A stretch of 64,000 bases of DNA from the human T2T-CHM13v2.0 reference genome, Homo sapiens. Location: the NCBI RefSeq assembly GCF_009914755.1, contig NC_060928.1; one strand, given 5' to 3'. The position numbers were made by a program, and so were the translations under genes. Within the stretch, counting starts at the first letter, position 1. Every line of letters starts with the position of its first letter. The notes under the pieces were generated by a model. That model was not told where the DNA came from. It did no database searches and saw only the letters and a list, made by a program, of their open reading frames with translations. Shown piece after piece: positions 12,930 to 26,914 of the stretch.

Positions 12930-14545
12930 CAGCTATTTGCATTGAGCTATGATGGAGTAACAAGGACTGGGTTTACCCTTCTGCCTTAAACAACTTTAAC
13001 AAAAGGACAAAAATATGTGGAACAATCATGTTATTTAAAAATAGATAGTACAGAACAGTGATCTGTAAGAGAAGGGAAACAAATGAGGTGAGCTCTATGA
13101 TTGGCCCAGATGCTGCCTGGTGAATGTTTTCAGGCTGCAGTGCAATCCTCCCTGCCATGAGGAGAAAGAGTCTGTAGCTTGAGGAGACCAAGGTGGCTAG
13201 AATTCACAGGGCAGAATACAAACAGGAGACAGTCACAGAGAAAATGCTCTGGAGATATGCAGAGGGTACCCCAAGTCTTTACCTAATTACTGATCAGTGC
13301 ATGTATGTAAGGAAAGTGCTGTGCCCAGGGAAGGAATCAGTGGGAAGAAGCAGGTGAACAATCCCTGGAGCTCACTCAAAGTCAGAAATAGTTCATCTTC
13401 CCACCATTCAAAGTGGAAAGACCTCTTAACACATAAGGCATTGAGTAGAGATCTCACAAAGGCATTTTCTTAGTAGTGCAGTCAAGCTCTACACTAAATG
13501 CTGTTCTAGATCTGCCTAACAAACCTGTTTCTAAGTAACTTATCTGTCTCAGAAGAATGTTCAAGAATACTTAAACATGATAACAAAAGAAATGTATTAC
13601 CCCACAGCCCAAAATTCACAATGTCTGGTATCTAATAAAATATTACCAGGCAAGCAAAGAAGTAGGAAAACACATAATATAGTGAGGAGAAGAATCAGTC
13701 AACAGAAACAGACACAGAAATGACATGAATCATAAATGTAGTAGATAAGGATGTTAAAAGAGCTATTATAAATACACTTCTTATGTTCAAAAAAATATAG
13801 GAAAGCATGATCATGATAAGGAAATACATGAAAGATATTTAAAAAGACCAAAATGATACTTCTAGAGATGAAAAATCAATGCTTCAGATGAAAAATATAC
13901 CAGATGGGATGAATAGGAGATTAAACACTGCAGAAGAAAAGGTTAGTGATTTTGAAGGCATAGCAATAGAAGCTATCTCAAATGAAGCACAGAAAGAAAA
14001 AAGACTGAAAAAACAATAAGGAAAACAAAATAAAGAAAAAAGTGAAAGAAAATACCCAAACAGTATTAATGAGCCTTGGGACAACATTTCCACTTGTATA
14101 TAAATGTTCATAGTAGCTTTATTTGTAGAACTGGGCTCATTAATAGGTGAATAGTTAAGCCAATTATGGTATATCAAGATACTAGAATACTACTATAAAA
14201 GGAATGAAGTATTGATACACAGAATAACATGGATGAATCTAAAAATCTGTAGGCTGAAGGAAGCTAGACAAAAAGCAGTGGATACTGCATGATTCCATTT
14301 ATATAAAATTCTAGAAAATATAAACAAATCTATAGTGGCAGAAAGCACATCACTGGTTGTCTGCAGAGAGAGGGAGGGGGAGGAATGAATTACAAAAGGC
14401 CACAAAGAAACAATTTGGGGTGACGGAAATGTCTGTTACCTTGATTGCGATGATGGGTTTATACCTATATACCTATGTCAGAGCTCATCAAATTGTATGC
14501 TTAAATATGGGCAGCTTATTCTATGTCTGTCCCTTAATAAAGTTG
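12930..14545 (+). mobile_element. Old L1M fragments (5'/ORF1-like and 3' UTR)
   Basis: A-rich L1 motifs: gattaaacactgcagaagaaaaggttagtga; atgattccatttatataaaattctagaaaa. Confidence 0.75.
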
Positions 14546-14781
14546 AGGAGGGGGGAAGAGAGAGAAAGACAAACACATAGAGAGAGGGAGGAAGGAAGAC
14601 AGGAAGGAGGGAAAGAGGGAGGGAGGAAGGAACGAAAGAGAGCATTGAACAGCTCCGCCTTGGATGTGCCTCTCCTTTGCCATTGAACAACTTAACTGAT
14701 GCACTTTCCTGTTTACTGGGAGCAGTTTGGGAACCAGGTTGAATTGTGTGGAGTGTCCTACTTGTTTGTTGTGACTCCTAG

Positions 14782-15911
14782 GACACTGGCAACCAGAAGC
14801 AGCTCTATTTGGTCATCATAGCCACAAAGAGGCTGTGAACTGCTTTAGATTTATTCAGGCTTCTCCTGCAGAAGCTGTATGAGATTGTGGCAGCCGAAAA
14901 CCTGAATCCAGGGACCTCATTACTGCAGATTTCTTTTGGAAATGGTGGCATGGGCAGCAATCCTTAGATTCTGGGTAATTTTTTTGGAGCAAAAGTTTTC
15001 ACTCAATTAGAAGTTAGCTGTGAGACACCAGTAGGAATGGTGATCATTAAAAAGTTAGGAAACAACAGGTGCTGGAGAGGATGTGGAGAAATAGGAACAC
15101 TTTTACACTGTTGGTGGGACTGTAAACTAGTTCAACCATTGTGGAAGTCAGTGTGGCGATTCCTCACGGATCTAGAACTAGAAATACCATTTGGCCCAGC
15201 CATCCCATTATTGGGTATATACCCAAAGGATTATAAATCATGCTGCTATAAAGACACATGCACATGTATGTTTATTGCAGCACTACTCACAATAGCAAAG
15301 ACTTGGAACCAACCCAAATGCCCATCAATGATAGACTGGATTCAGAAAATGTGGCACATATACAGCATGGAATACTATGCAGCCATAAAAAAGGATGAGT
15401 TCATGTCCTTTGTAGGGACATGGATGAAGCTGGAAACCATCATTCTGAGGAAACTATCGCAAGGACAGAAAACCAAACACTGCATGTTCTCACTCAGGTG
15501 GGAACTGAACAATGAGAACATCTGGACACAGGAAGGGGAATATCACACACTGGGGCCTGTCATGGGGTGGGGGAAGGAGGGAGGGATAGCATTAGGAGAT
15601 ACACCTAATGTAAATGACGAGTTAATGGGTGCAGCACACCAACATGGCACATGTATACATACGTAACAAACCTGCACGTTGTGCACATGTACCCTAGAAC
15701 TTCAAAGTATAATTAAAAAAAAAAAGAGGAAAAAAAAAAGAAGTTAGCTGTGAGAAAGGGGAAACACCTTGCTATGCAACTTTCTAAAGTATTTGAGAGA
15801 AAATGTAAAATTCTTGAGATGTTTAAACTTAGATAAACATTTAGTGACCTCAATTCACCCTTAAAAGGTGTCAGCCTTAATAATGAGTGATCAGGAACAG
15901 CTTGAACAGAG
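14782..15911 (+). pseudogene. Pseudo-exon encoding a whole RGS-like box, split by an L1PA insertion
   Basis: Acceptor cttgtttgttgtgactcctag|. Reads LLLQKLYEIVAAENLNP/GPHYCRFLLEMVAWAAILRFWVIFLEQKFSLN*KLAVR [L1] KGKHLAMQ/FLKYLRENVKFLRCLNLDKHLVTSIHP*KVSALIMSDQEQLEQRW. Donor AG|gtgggt (alternative at 15922). Confidence 0.65.
15026..15738 (+). mobile_element. 5'-truncated L1PA (ORF2 C-terminus, 3'UTR, polyA)
   Basis: ORF 15037-15666 is the L1 ORF2p C-terminus; 17-bp TSD agaagttagctgtgaga at 15009-15025 and 15739-15755. Confidence 0.98.
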
Positions 15912-16089
15912 GTGGGTGACTGGTAAAAGTTAATTCCATTTAACCAATTCTTATACTTCAGAGTGAAATAGATTTTATAGTAAAAAACAAAACAGAACAA
16001 AACCTAAACAAAGAAGTCTAAATAGTTAGCTCTAGGTAGATTGAGGGCTGACATTTCTGGAAATGTAGAGTCACTAGGACAAAAATCAA

Positions 16090-16403
16090 GCCTATGAAAT
16101 CACTGGTAGCTTCTTGCATTAGAGTACCCAGCTGAGAGTAGTCCAGCACGGTCCTCTGCAGAAGTTCAGCTGTCATCAGGGAAACCTCTTCCTTTCTCTC
16201 TTATTAGATTCTCATCTTGGTGTCCAGGCCTTGTTCCTCCACCTTTAACTGCAGTGCAACTACCTGTGGTGCTCGTCTATCCAAAAGGACAGTTCATGAC
16301 ACCAGGACCTCATCCTCTTACTTCTACAGAAAGCTTGTGTGGACCACCATGAGGATCTTTTCAGCCAAGCCATTTTGGTGGTCTGCAACATTTTCCTATC
16401 TAA
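16090..16403 (+). pseudogene. Pseudo-exon encoding an RGS22-like box
   Basis: One frame from 16150: GPLQKFSCHQGNLFLSLLLDSHLGVQALFLHL*LQCNYLWCSSIQKDSS*HQDLILLLLQKACVDHHEDLFSQAILVVCNIFLS. Donor CTAA|gtaaga. 5' boundary uncertain. Confidence 0.7.
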
Positions 16404-16609
16404 GTAAGAAGTATCTATCCGCCAAGGAGTTCTCATTTTCCTCTCCATGGATTTCCTCCCATTGCTGAGCTTCCAGAACAGGGAGAAATCGAAGGTCTTT
16501 TTGTCTGTTTTCTGAAGTAATTTTGAATTCTCTCTCATTAAGTAATTATAGTTTTCTCAAATAAGAGCTATTTAAAATTATAATTTATACATAAGCGCTC
16601 TGTAAACAA

Positions 16610-16692
16610 AGTATAGATATATTTATTATATATATATTTTTGTGGCAGCTGAAAACCTGAATCCAGGGACCCCTTCCTCAGAAAGGAAGAGG

Positions 16693-16727
<35 letters not shown>

Positions 16728-16785
16728 TTAATATATTTATTATATATTATAAAAATTTAAATATAAATTTATATAAATATATCTA

Positions 16786-16842
<57 letters not shown>
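16610..16842. repeat. Compound (AT)n/(CT)n microsatellite containing a templated insert
   Basis: Direct reading. Confidence 0.9.
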
Positions 16843-16843
<1 letters not shown>

Positions 16844-16845
16844 GA

Positions 16846-17140
<295 letters not shown>

Positions 17141-17689
17141 TAAAATATTTCTAAAAATAGAAAAATACCTAAAAGTGAAAGGCTAAAAAAACAAAAAAAA
17201 CACCTGAATCCCGAATGTCACTTTCTGTTGGAAACAAAGGTAATTTGGGGAGAGAAAAACTAGAAAAATAATATTAGAGAGAGAAGTTGGGATTTAAGAA
17301 ATATAAATGATAATTCTTACTGTACCAGATTTCTATAATATCTAGTTTTACAACTAGTGTGTTAATTGGCCCTAGTCCTGGGGGCGGGGGGGGATCTCTC
17401 GAAAGTATCTATGTATGCATTGCGATTTTTTAAAAGTTGCAAGCTTTTGGTTAAAGTCAAATGGGCAGATTGAGCTTTTAGTGGGCAAATGCTCTTCATC
17501 TTCCTTCTTTCTTGCTCCTTCTGCAGCCTGTTAGGTGGGGACCACACCTTTCTTCTTAAAGTCCTTCGTTCTTTCACTTCAATGACTCTGGATTCTTTTG
17601 GTTTTGAACTCTACTTTTTGAATTACTTTTGGATCTTTTCTCATGTAATTTTATATACCCGTCTACGTTTCCTCCCTGAGAAATCTAAT

Positions 17690-18300
17690 GATTTCTAAAT
17701 CTCCAGCTCTAACCTTCTTTCTGACTTGACGTCTTTATTTCCAGTTGCCTTCTAACATCTCTCACACTGTGTCACAGCACCTCAAACTCAAAAAGTACAA
17801 AATGTGACTTCATTTCCAAACATGTACTTCTACTTGAATTTTCTACTTCAATAATGCTATTACCAACTTCCCAGTCACTCTATCAAAAAATATTGGTGCC
17901 TCTCTTTATTTCCCATATCTAATTACTTATCAAGCAATATTTGTATTCTATATGCAGAAGTCTCTAAAATATCTTCCTTCATTTTCACGCTCACTGGCTC
18001 TTCCATAATTCAGGTTCTAACATTTCCTTGCCCAGATAAATCATAGCAGCTCCCTCCTTCTTTTCTCTGCCAACATACTTTCTCTTATTCAAGAAATTCT
18101 TCACACTGATACTTGAGTTTTCTTCCTAAATTTTATCTTGCTTTTTATAGCTCATTTATTTAAAAACCTGTAATAACTCCTCATTGCCTATGGAATGAAG
18201 TCCAACTTCTTAGCTAGGTGTTCAAAGCCCTCCCCAATCTGATAAAGCCTTCATTCGTAGTTTATTCTCCAACTCTGCCTTTTTGTGATTCCGTTATGCA
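17690..18300 (+). mobile_element. L2 fragment
   Basis: ctccagctctaacc...cacctcaaactcaa... L2 3' region motifs. Confidence 0.6.
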
Positions 18301-19669
18301 TGTTCACAGCTCAGTACCTTGCCATATACTTTTCCTTTCCTTTGTGAGGCCTCTTTCATAGCACCTGTTAAAAACCATGCTATTCTTGAAATTCTGCTGA
18401 AATGCCCTTTTTGATGAAGGCTAACTAGATTGAACCACTTTTTATGTGCCACCGAGATAGTCCTCTGCATGCCCATCAGGGCTAGCGCTCATGCTGTGCT
18501 TGGTATGAGCTACATCTGCTCTACAGCCGGCCTGTATGTTCCTAGAAATTAAAGACTGTCCTACACACACCTCTGTAACTAATAGTGCTTAGCATCCTGC
18601 CTGCACAGAAAAGCAAGGTTAACTATGCCAAGCCAAAGTTAAGCACAGTTCAAAAGCAGAGGAGCACCCATACTATTTATCCCCTTATTACAGGGTACTT
18701 AGCCTGGTATAAGTCTGTCTCAGGTATATAAATAGGAGACTCGTGGATAAAATCTCCTGTATACTAACTACTCACCTTACCAGAGCTTCTTTCAAGTATG
18801 TGAACTCTGTCAATAAACATATTAATAATACATTGATGAAAATATAGTTGATGCACATTTATAAGCTCTAGCGTAGTTAAAATTGACTATCTCCATTGAT
18901 TCTCATGAGGAAGAAAGTATGGTCCCCATTTTCTAGATGGAGAGACCAACAATAACACATGGGATCACAGAGACGGTAACGTCAGAAGTGGGCATCACAC
19001 CAAGATCAGGGCTCCTTCTACAATGTTTTGGTTTCATAAGACTATATTTGGGATGGTAAAAAATTGTTTCGGAATCTTTAAAGTTCCTAGTTCCCCTCTG
19101 AAGACAAGAGTTTTGTGAGGCATTTCATGCATTCTAGAAGAAGAGCACCCTGTTTCTCATTTTGTGTACTTCTTGTCACCCTAATGTCTTACTTACTTCT
19201 GGGTACCTTGGATCCCTTATCCCTTGGCAGTGACGGGTATGATTAAGCTGGCACCCAAGGTCCTGTATAGGAAAGGACTTTCCAAATCATAATGTCTCAA
19301 CATTTGAGTTGTTTTCTGAAAGCAAGGTACCGTCTTAGCTTCTGTAAGCGATCAAAATACACAGAAATATTCTTTTTTCCTAGAAAAAAAAGAATTAAAA
19401 AGTCAGTTCTTGGCTTAAATTATACAGTAAGTTCTCAATCACTGAAGTCTGTAATTTAAATGTTTGGAATGGTTAGCAGAGTTTAAAATTTTGTGTTTTG
19501 TCAGCAGAAGAAACCTATGTACTTTTATTGGGACTTAAAATATAACCAAGAAGAATATGCTATGAAAATATGCATAGAACAAACTTATGGAATAGACTCA
19601 TTTGGTTATTAATGACAGAAATCCCGCTAAATTACATGCTTCTGCAATGGAAAACTCCAAGGGTAGAGC

Positions 19670-20130
19670 AGCCTTTTGTCACTGTGAAGATATGCAGATA
19701 ATGTCATCCATCTGGAGTCTGTCTTTCCTTATCTCTCAGCTCTGCATTCTCCTGCACTGGCCTCAGTCCTGGTCCTGCTTTTTTCCTAAGCTTAAATGTG
19801 ATAGCCATCAACACCAGGCCTACATCTTACCAGGTTAGCATACTAGCCGAAAGAGAATATCTCTCATAAGAGTTCCAGCAAAGTTCTTGGGAGTTTATTT
19901 TATTGACCCATAATAGGTCATATGCTCATCCCCAAATCAGTCACTGTGGACAGCCGTGCTGGCCAGGCCTAGATCATATGCCCACTCTGGACAGGGGTTG
20001 CAGTCAGCTTCAAAGTATTTTCATGGACTGTGAGAAGTGGAGACATGGTTTCCCAAGGTAAAATAAGAGTGCTACTAGTGGTAGAAAGGGAAATGGACCC
20101 TGGGCAGGAAAAAACAACAGAAGAGTACTA
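19670..20130 (-). mobile_element. MLT1-family LTR remnant
   Basis: Degenerate MLT1 motifs (ggtcatatgctcatccccaaatcagtcactgtgg; ctgggcaggaaaaaacaaca). Strand tentative. Confidence 0.5.
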
Positions 20131-20983
20131 TAACTTCTTAATTATTGACTCCCATAATTCAAAGTGTGATAATTTACGTAAAGGCCTAAATTTTAATGGT
20201 ATTAATAGAGAAAATATTTATTTAAAGAAATTAGTGTCATAGATGGCATTACTAATTATGTTTAGTCTATAGAACAGAAGAAGCTTTTAAAATAATGAGA
20301 GTAAATTTTCTTGAATCATTAAGACATTTATTAATTAATTTATTCCAGTAACTACTTTTGACTGTTTACCACATGTCAGGCATTGTGCTAAGTGCTACAG
20401 GTACAAACTCTTTAAGACGTAGTCACAGATTCCCTTTTTCACATAATCTCCCACACATTCAAGCTGCCTAAGCAAGAGCTCTACTTGATAATGTGGACAG
20501 CAATTTCAATTATATCTTGTACTACAAGGTAATGCAACTTAATTTCTTTTAAAAGTATTTTATAACTTAATATTTTTTATTGATACATCCTGGCTTTGCT
20601 TTGAACTAAGCCAAATTAGTAATTTGACCAAATGTACATTCTCTAGCGTCTTATGTCTGAGGGGTTCATGGTAACCATATAAAAAGGCATAAATTCTTAG
20701 GTTGTTTATTCTTCTTTCATTAAGATTAAACTGTGATACACGTGTGATCATACCTTCCAATCTAACTGATATTTCTGAAGATCAATTTCTAGTCATGAGT
20801 CCTTTTATTTTTGAATCAGTTATGTTGAAACAAAGGCGGTCTTTCTTATTTCAATTATATTGAGTATTCACATTGTTTATTAAAGGAGGATTATGCAACG
20901 TTTAAATGAAACCTCCAATCCATAAAATACCTGTCACAGATGAAAAACAAGAACGCGGATAAGCATAATGCATTCATTTACAG

Positions 20984-21147
20984 GATATGGGTCCACTCTC
21001 CGTCAAGGAATGTTATAAATCCACGTGGTGTCCCTGGGTGTCAGGCTTGGCCAGAACATCTGTGGCTGGAGAAGCCAATGTGGCTCAGGAGCTCCCTGCT
21101 GGCTGCACATCTGAACGGCTTCAGGAGTACAAGTTTCCCCATCAAAG
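20984..21147 (+). pseudogene. Pseudo-exon following the 16.1-16.4 kb RGS box
   Basis: Acceptor cattcatttacag| and donor AAAG|gtttgg (alternative 21207). A phase-2 join with 16403 gives FLS-K-IWVH, placing the conserved terminal Trp correctly. Confidence 0.55.
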
Positions 21148-21489
21148 GTTTGGAATAAATTACACTAAAAAATTGGCTCCAGAACGAGTTATTTTGGACA
21201 GGACAAGGTGAAGCTCTCATGAGGTGTGTTAAATGCATCCCTCTGTGCAGTGGGCAACTGCGGGAGAGCTGGAGGGGGTGGTCAAAGGCTGTGGGGAAAG
21301 TGGAGAAACTCTAACCCTGCACACACTTGGACAGAAATGCCAAATCTACTGACTGGACAAGATTTGGGAAATTCATTTTTTAAACAAATGGTTTTACAAA
21401 GCTTTATAACTTAATTTGAATATATATCTTATAAATAGTCATCCTTTTCCTGATACTTCATTTTCAAAGGATGTCCTTTCCTCCCTCAT

Positions 21490-22388
21490 GGAGTACTGGA
21501 GCCAGCTCACACTAGCTTATGAGAGCTGATTGTTAAGTTTTCAGGACTTTTGTGAGCCAGTTGTCAAACACAGCTGCTATTAAAAATTAAATTACATAAA
21601 CTTTCAAAGTTATCTTAAAAACAAGGGTAAGAAATGTCCCAAACTCATTATCATTTCCTAATTATTTTGCTACATTTTATTATGATCTATGTTCTTGAGG
21701 TTAGTTACATCTCTTGTACCTATTTGATGGAAATACTGTATAATGGTGGGCCACTGTGTATCTCATTACATCTCCATGTTCAGTGACATCACATGGATAG
21801 TTTCAAGTCAACATGTTGGGAGTAGTTGCCTCACAGAAACTGACTACAAATCAGGGCGTTGACTTATCATTTCATTGATGATCCAGACAAGAAAGTGGAG
21901 GAAATGTTAATAATGCATACTAAATTTAAACATGTGTTATGCTTGCAGTTATTACATATGAATAGCCTAAACATTGAGAAAAGATTCTTCCAGTATTTAA
22001 CAACTATTAAAATGGTATCCAATTCAGCAAAGAAGTTGCCCATGTCATCAGTGAACAAGTGTTGTACTGACATAAGTCTTTGTTGTTTATTATTCCTTAA
22101 TATAAGTGAAAATACTAAACAACAATTTATGCAGGAATTATACTTGTTAACTGCCATTATAGGTTGGCTAAGGACACGAGTTAGATAAAAATCAAGGAGA
22201 GCATCCTGTGAGAAATCAACTTACTACATAGAATTTACAATATAGAGTTTTGTATATTTTATTATACTTATAAATTATGTCCTTATATCCTTTATGTTGG
22301 TAACATTGATAGTAAATCAATGCACATATTTATGGATACATTTCTTTCCTGGAGAGTTGATTGTTAGACTTTTACTAGCACATCACTG
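21490..22388 (+). mobile_element. MER63-type hAT-Blackjack DNA transposon
   Basis: ctggagccagctcacactagcttatgagagctgattgttaagttttcagg start; tagcacatcactg end. Confidence 0.75.
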
Positions 22389-23408
22389 CCCATAAATAAA
22401 TTTGGGTTTCTTCCTCCTGCTTGGAATTTGCCTTTGTTTTCCCAGAGCCAAAGTCCCTCCTGTATTAGATACTGGAGAAGCAATGGCACAAGTGAGGGAG
22501 AAACATGCTTAGCCTGCTTAAGATGACTCTAGGGATTCCCCAAAAAAAGAACTACAGCTTTGCCAGAAGAGAAGAGGCAACAGGAAGTCTTTCTGTTCAT
22601 GCCTCCCCAGGCCCTAAATATGGATCCTATTCATCAGAAAAATACATGTGAAAAAATTTTTCAGTTACTTACCCAGGCTGCCTTCCCATGGCATTTTTTG
22701 TTCTAGTACTCTGAGCGCATGGAGCCATATTCCATCTCCCAATACATGCTTTAGTTTGACAATGTGTTATACTTCCTTCTCTTTAATGCAACTCCACCCA
22801 GCCTTAATGGTCTGGGATCTGTTAATGCCACCAGCTTTGGCTCATAGCCTGTGAGTCAGACTGTACCTCCCGGCACCCACATCCCCACACCATCAAGAGA
22901 GGGCAGGCTGGTAGCCTAATAGCATCTACCAAAAGGCAGGGGCTCTTTGGATGTCATTTAACCAGTGGCTTTGCCAGGGACAGTAACAGGGAAAAGAGGA
23001 ACATGATGGTGGCCACATGGTGGCTTGCTTGTGACTCATTTGGGGTGCCCCTTGAGTTAGTCTAAGTATCAGATAGAATACCATATTTGAAAGAAAATTA
23101 AACTTACTATTTTGTACTTTCTGGGCATGTTCAAGCATTCAGAGACTTTAGAAAATGTTCTCACCCTCATAGCAGTATCCTTCTAATGACTCCTGCACAG
23201 AGGGAGGACTGTGTGGACCAGTGGGGAAAGATTTGAACTCAGGGGACTTGGTTCTACTCTCATTTCTGTTACTAATGAGCCCTTTGGCTTTGTACAGGTT
23301 ATTTTATTTCCTTGGAACTAAGTTTTATATAAAATTATCTACAGTTTCCAGTAGTAAAGTTTCCTTATAACTCTGTCATTCTGTGACACTTCATCTTTTG
23401 TTTCACAG

Positions 23409-23690
23409 GGTGAATGACACACACGTCTTTGGTGAGAAAGTCAAGGGCAGAGTCTAGCATGTTGGTCGTATCAATTATTTGAATCCCAGGTCTCAAATCC
23501 TTTATGGCAGTAGGCATAAATCATAAATAATTCCAGGCTACTACTCCCAGATTTCTTAGAAGGATCAGAGCACCGACATTCTTTGGCAGATGAAAAAAGA
23601 AATTCAGTTATCTCGAATGCAAATTAAAAAAAAGAGAATATTCTCTCCTATTGAAAATCTTTTTGAAGGGCAGTAGCAGTTTTTCTTGCT
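23409..23690 (+). pseudogene. Candidate pseudo-exon (linker region)
   Basis: Strong acceptor ttcatcttttgtttcacag|; coding-like reading KDQSTDILWQMKKEIQLSRMQIKKKRIFSPIENLF. No clear domain motif. Confidence 0.3.
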
Positions 23691-25985
23691 TTGGTAAAAA
23701 CAGAGAACATAACAGCATTTCTCCTATTATCATAGCTCTGTTCTGCTGCAGAATTGAGATTTGGAATATGAATGATCATTATGCATTCAGCATCATTTGC
23801 TTTGCCTGTAGAAGATTTAAGAGATTGGCTTAAACATATAATATCTTAGAAAACCCTTTTATTAGTTGTATTTTTACTTCATGCATAGACATTTTTATTG
23901 ATTAAATAATATATTTTATTAATTATGTCTGTGGTCTCCGTGAATCACTTAAAGTTTAAATCTCTCTCACAAAAGTGGAATGTCAAAAAAGTTTCAAATA
24001 GTTTTTAGGGGGTGGTGGTGGTAGTGTTCCATTTTGCTGGGTTCTGGTTAAAGTGCTAAGATGTTTAAAGACTCCAGAAACATAAAACATTTGTACTGTG
24101 TTCTGGGTATCAAAGACTACAGTTGCTATTTAACAAGACAGTTGCTCATAAGCAAATGTTTTCAGCCTGACCCACCCTGTGGCAGGAGCTGCTTTTCCTT
24201 GGATGCAGCTAATTCCTCAGTACTGGATTTTGGGGTGGTCATGGCCTTACTCTTTAATTAAAAGTGCTTTTTAGAGCACCATCTATGTGTCCTCGTTATG
24301 CAGTCTCAGCTTCCAAGGAGCTTGCATTCCAGTGTTCAGGTACACGACATATTCTCTGAAACGACCAAGACCAATTTCCAAGGCAATGGAAGAGAAAGGG
24401 AGTGTGAGAAAGATGACCAAGAAGGAAAGAGATAGAAGAGCAAAAGAGCAGGGTTAGCCACCCAGAGCTTGTGATTAATTTTTAAGTAGGAGAACAGAAT
24501 TCAAACTCTATGAACAAGAACACCAGTTGCATCCACTTGCAGAGTGCCTGCGGTGGAGCCTGTCTTCTAATGGGAATCATGGGTTCTAGGTATCAAAACT
24601 GTGGCATGTAGTTCATCCACTGGGCTGTTTTGACTCCAGACTTTCCTGCTTCTTGTCAACAGGATATCATAAAACCCTCTTCCTATCACAACACTATTTC
24701 AATCATGCAAAGATTTCAAAAAATAAAATAAATGTTAAGCCTGAGCTGTTTGTATTAAGGAATTTGGAGCTAAACAAGTTTCTTGATGACCCTGGTGTTG
24801 GAGGCTTTTTGTGTATCCTTGGGTAAGAAATGGAACTGATAGTATTCATTCCCATACAACCAACCAATCAACCAACCAGTCAACGAAACCAACTGTCTGT
24901 TCACTCACCTCCACTGCTGCACCCTTGCCAAATGCAAAACATTGTCTCTGGTGTTGAGCTCTTGATATAGCCATGAGCTGATTATTTCTCTGTGCCTTAC
25001 TCACTTTGTCAATTATTCAGATCGTTTACTACTTCTCTTGCCTACCTGTTAGCATGTTTACCAATAATGAGAGAAGATGGTCTCGAACTAGTTCATTTGG
25101 TTACATATTAGCAGTTCTTGAATTACTTTTAATAGAGAGAAAGTTGAAACTAATGGATAAAACTAGGGTTTTGCATTATTCTGGTGTTTCAGCTGTTTAT
25201 GTCAGTCCTAACCCATGTTTCTATTGGTATTTGAGGAGTTATTCTCACTTCTATTTTTAAAAATTTCAAAATCAGTTTTGTCAAATGGCTGAGACCTAGC
25301 CCCTACAACATAGTGGTGGTAATGTTGATGTGCTATGCCTCCTGTCTTTATTCTAGGTAAATAAATCAGTAACAACTCTATTGAGCCTTTCACCTTTCTT
25401 TTACTTCCACTGTGGAAAAGTTTAGGTAGAAATATATCTGTGTATCTATATCATGCATTTTTTTGTGAAAAGGGTAATGGAATACAGAATGCCATACATG
25501 GGTTATTCCCACTATGAATTAGTCTCTTTTATCTGACTCTGACCAAAACAGATGTTGGCAGCCTTTCTATTCCAGCTCCCTAAGTCAGACTAAGACTATC
25601 AGTTCCGCTTAGGGAAGCTGTAGGGAAATGATTTAACTCTTTCAATAGACCCTTACTAATTTTTCCCTTGGTTCCTTTTTATTATAAACTACAAACAAAC
25701 AAAATTGGAATGCATCTCTATGCAACAATGAAAGAAAAATAGCAATATTAAAAATACATCAAATACAACTCTAGAGGGAAGTGAATTTTTATTCAAGGAC
25801 TTTTAAGAATTCTGACATTGAAAAGACATCTTTGCTTGAGGAGGCAGCTGAATGTGTTTCTAACTTACAGTCAAAGATCATTTGCATAGAATACCAAAAG
25901 AGCCATTTTTTTTTTAATTCGGAGAAAGAACATCTATCAGAGTGTGGCAGGATGCATCCTGCCAGGATTCTTCTCTTTTCTACAG

Positions 25986-26213
25986 AAACTGACCATTTGA
26001 AAAAGTCTTTCTATGATTGGTGCCACATTAAAGCTCTTGTACCGGATTCTGCAACAAAGTGTAAATTAATGGAATGTGAAAAATGGAAGGACTGCAAGGG
26101 AAAGGATCAAAGGGTGAGAAGGGAAAGGGAGATTATTAGAAAAAAATGTTTAATAAACACATAGCATTCCAGGAATTTATCATGGAAAGAAACAATCTCC
26201 TTTTAGATTTCAG
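25986..26213 (+). pseudogene. Pseudo-exon ending in the start of an RGS-like box
   Basis: Acceptor ttcttctcttttctacag| and donor TTCAG|gtaaaa. Terminal frame reads KMFNKHIAFQEFIMERNNLLLDF, resembling AF.EFL.....NL.FW. Confidence 0.55.
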
Positions 26214-26914
26214 GTAAAAAAAAATTATTGTAAATTACTACGTAAAGACTTTAAGCATTTTCCAAACCATGCCAAGGAAAGAGAAAAAAAATTACTTCTT
26301 AGACTCCAGGTACTTTTACATAATTTATCTCACTTACTTCTTATAATTATCCTATAAATTGAGCATTTCTATCATTTTTTCATACAGTACCCATGCCAGG
26401 GCACCTGTGTATTAGACTCCCAGGTAATCAGTTCTGTGGACTAATGCCTCTGCTGGCACATTCTGTGTATCCTGTAGCCCTTGCAGGAACATTGGAAATA
26501 CATGGCAGGAAGGGCCTGCCACCTTCCTTGCCCAAACCCTTCCAACAAAGCCATCAAACAATATGTGTAATTGAAGATGCATTTTAACCAGTATTTATCA
26601 GTAAATAGCATCTGAAAACTCAAATTCTCTACACCGTGAAAGTAAAAGCTACTATTTGTTGACACACTTACCATATGCTGGGAACTATGCTAAACACTTC
26701 ACATGTATTACCTAATTTAATCCTTCCAACAGCCTGCAATGTAGGTGCTGTATTTTTTTTTCATTTTCAGAAATTGAAATTAAAGAGGTTGTTAGTCACC
26801 TGATATCACAAACCAATAAATGGCAAAATATGGCATTTTTAATTCCAGAGCTTGAATTCCTAACTGCCTCATTTAAAACCCAGTTCTGTTGCATGTCCTT
26901 TATTTCACTCACAG

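Noticed and set aside
15037-15666. 209-aa ORF as a gene
   Set aside because: L1 ORF2p C-terminus reading into the 3'UTR of a truncated L1PA.
16130-16538. Protein-like minus-strand reading (coiled-coil-looking)
   Set aside because: Better explained as the antisense shadow of the + strand fossil exon; splice sites and domain motifs are on the + strand.
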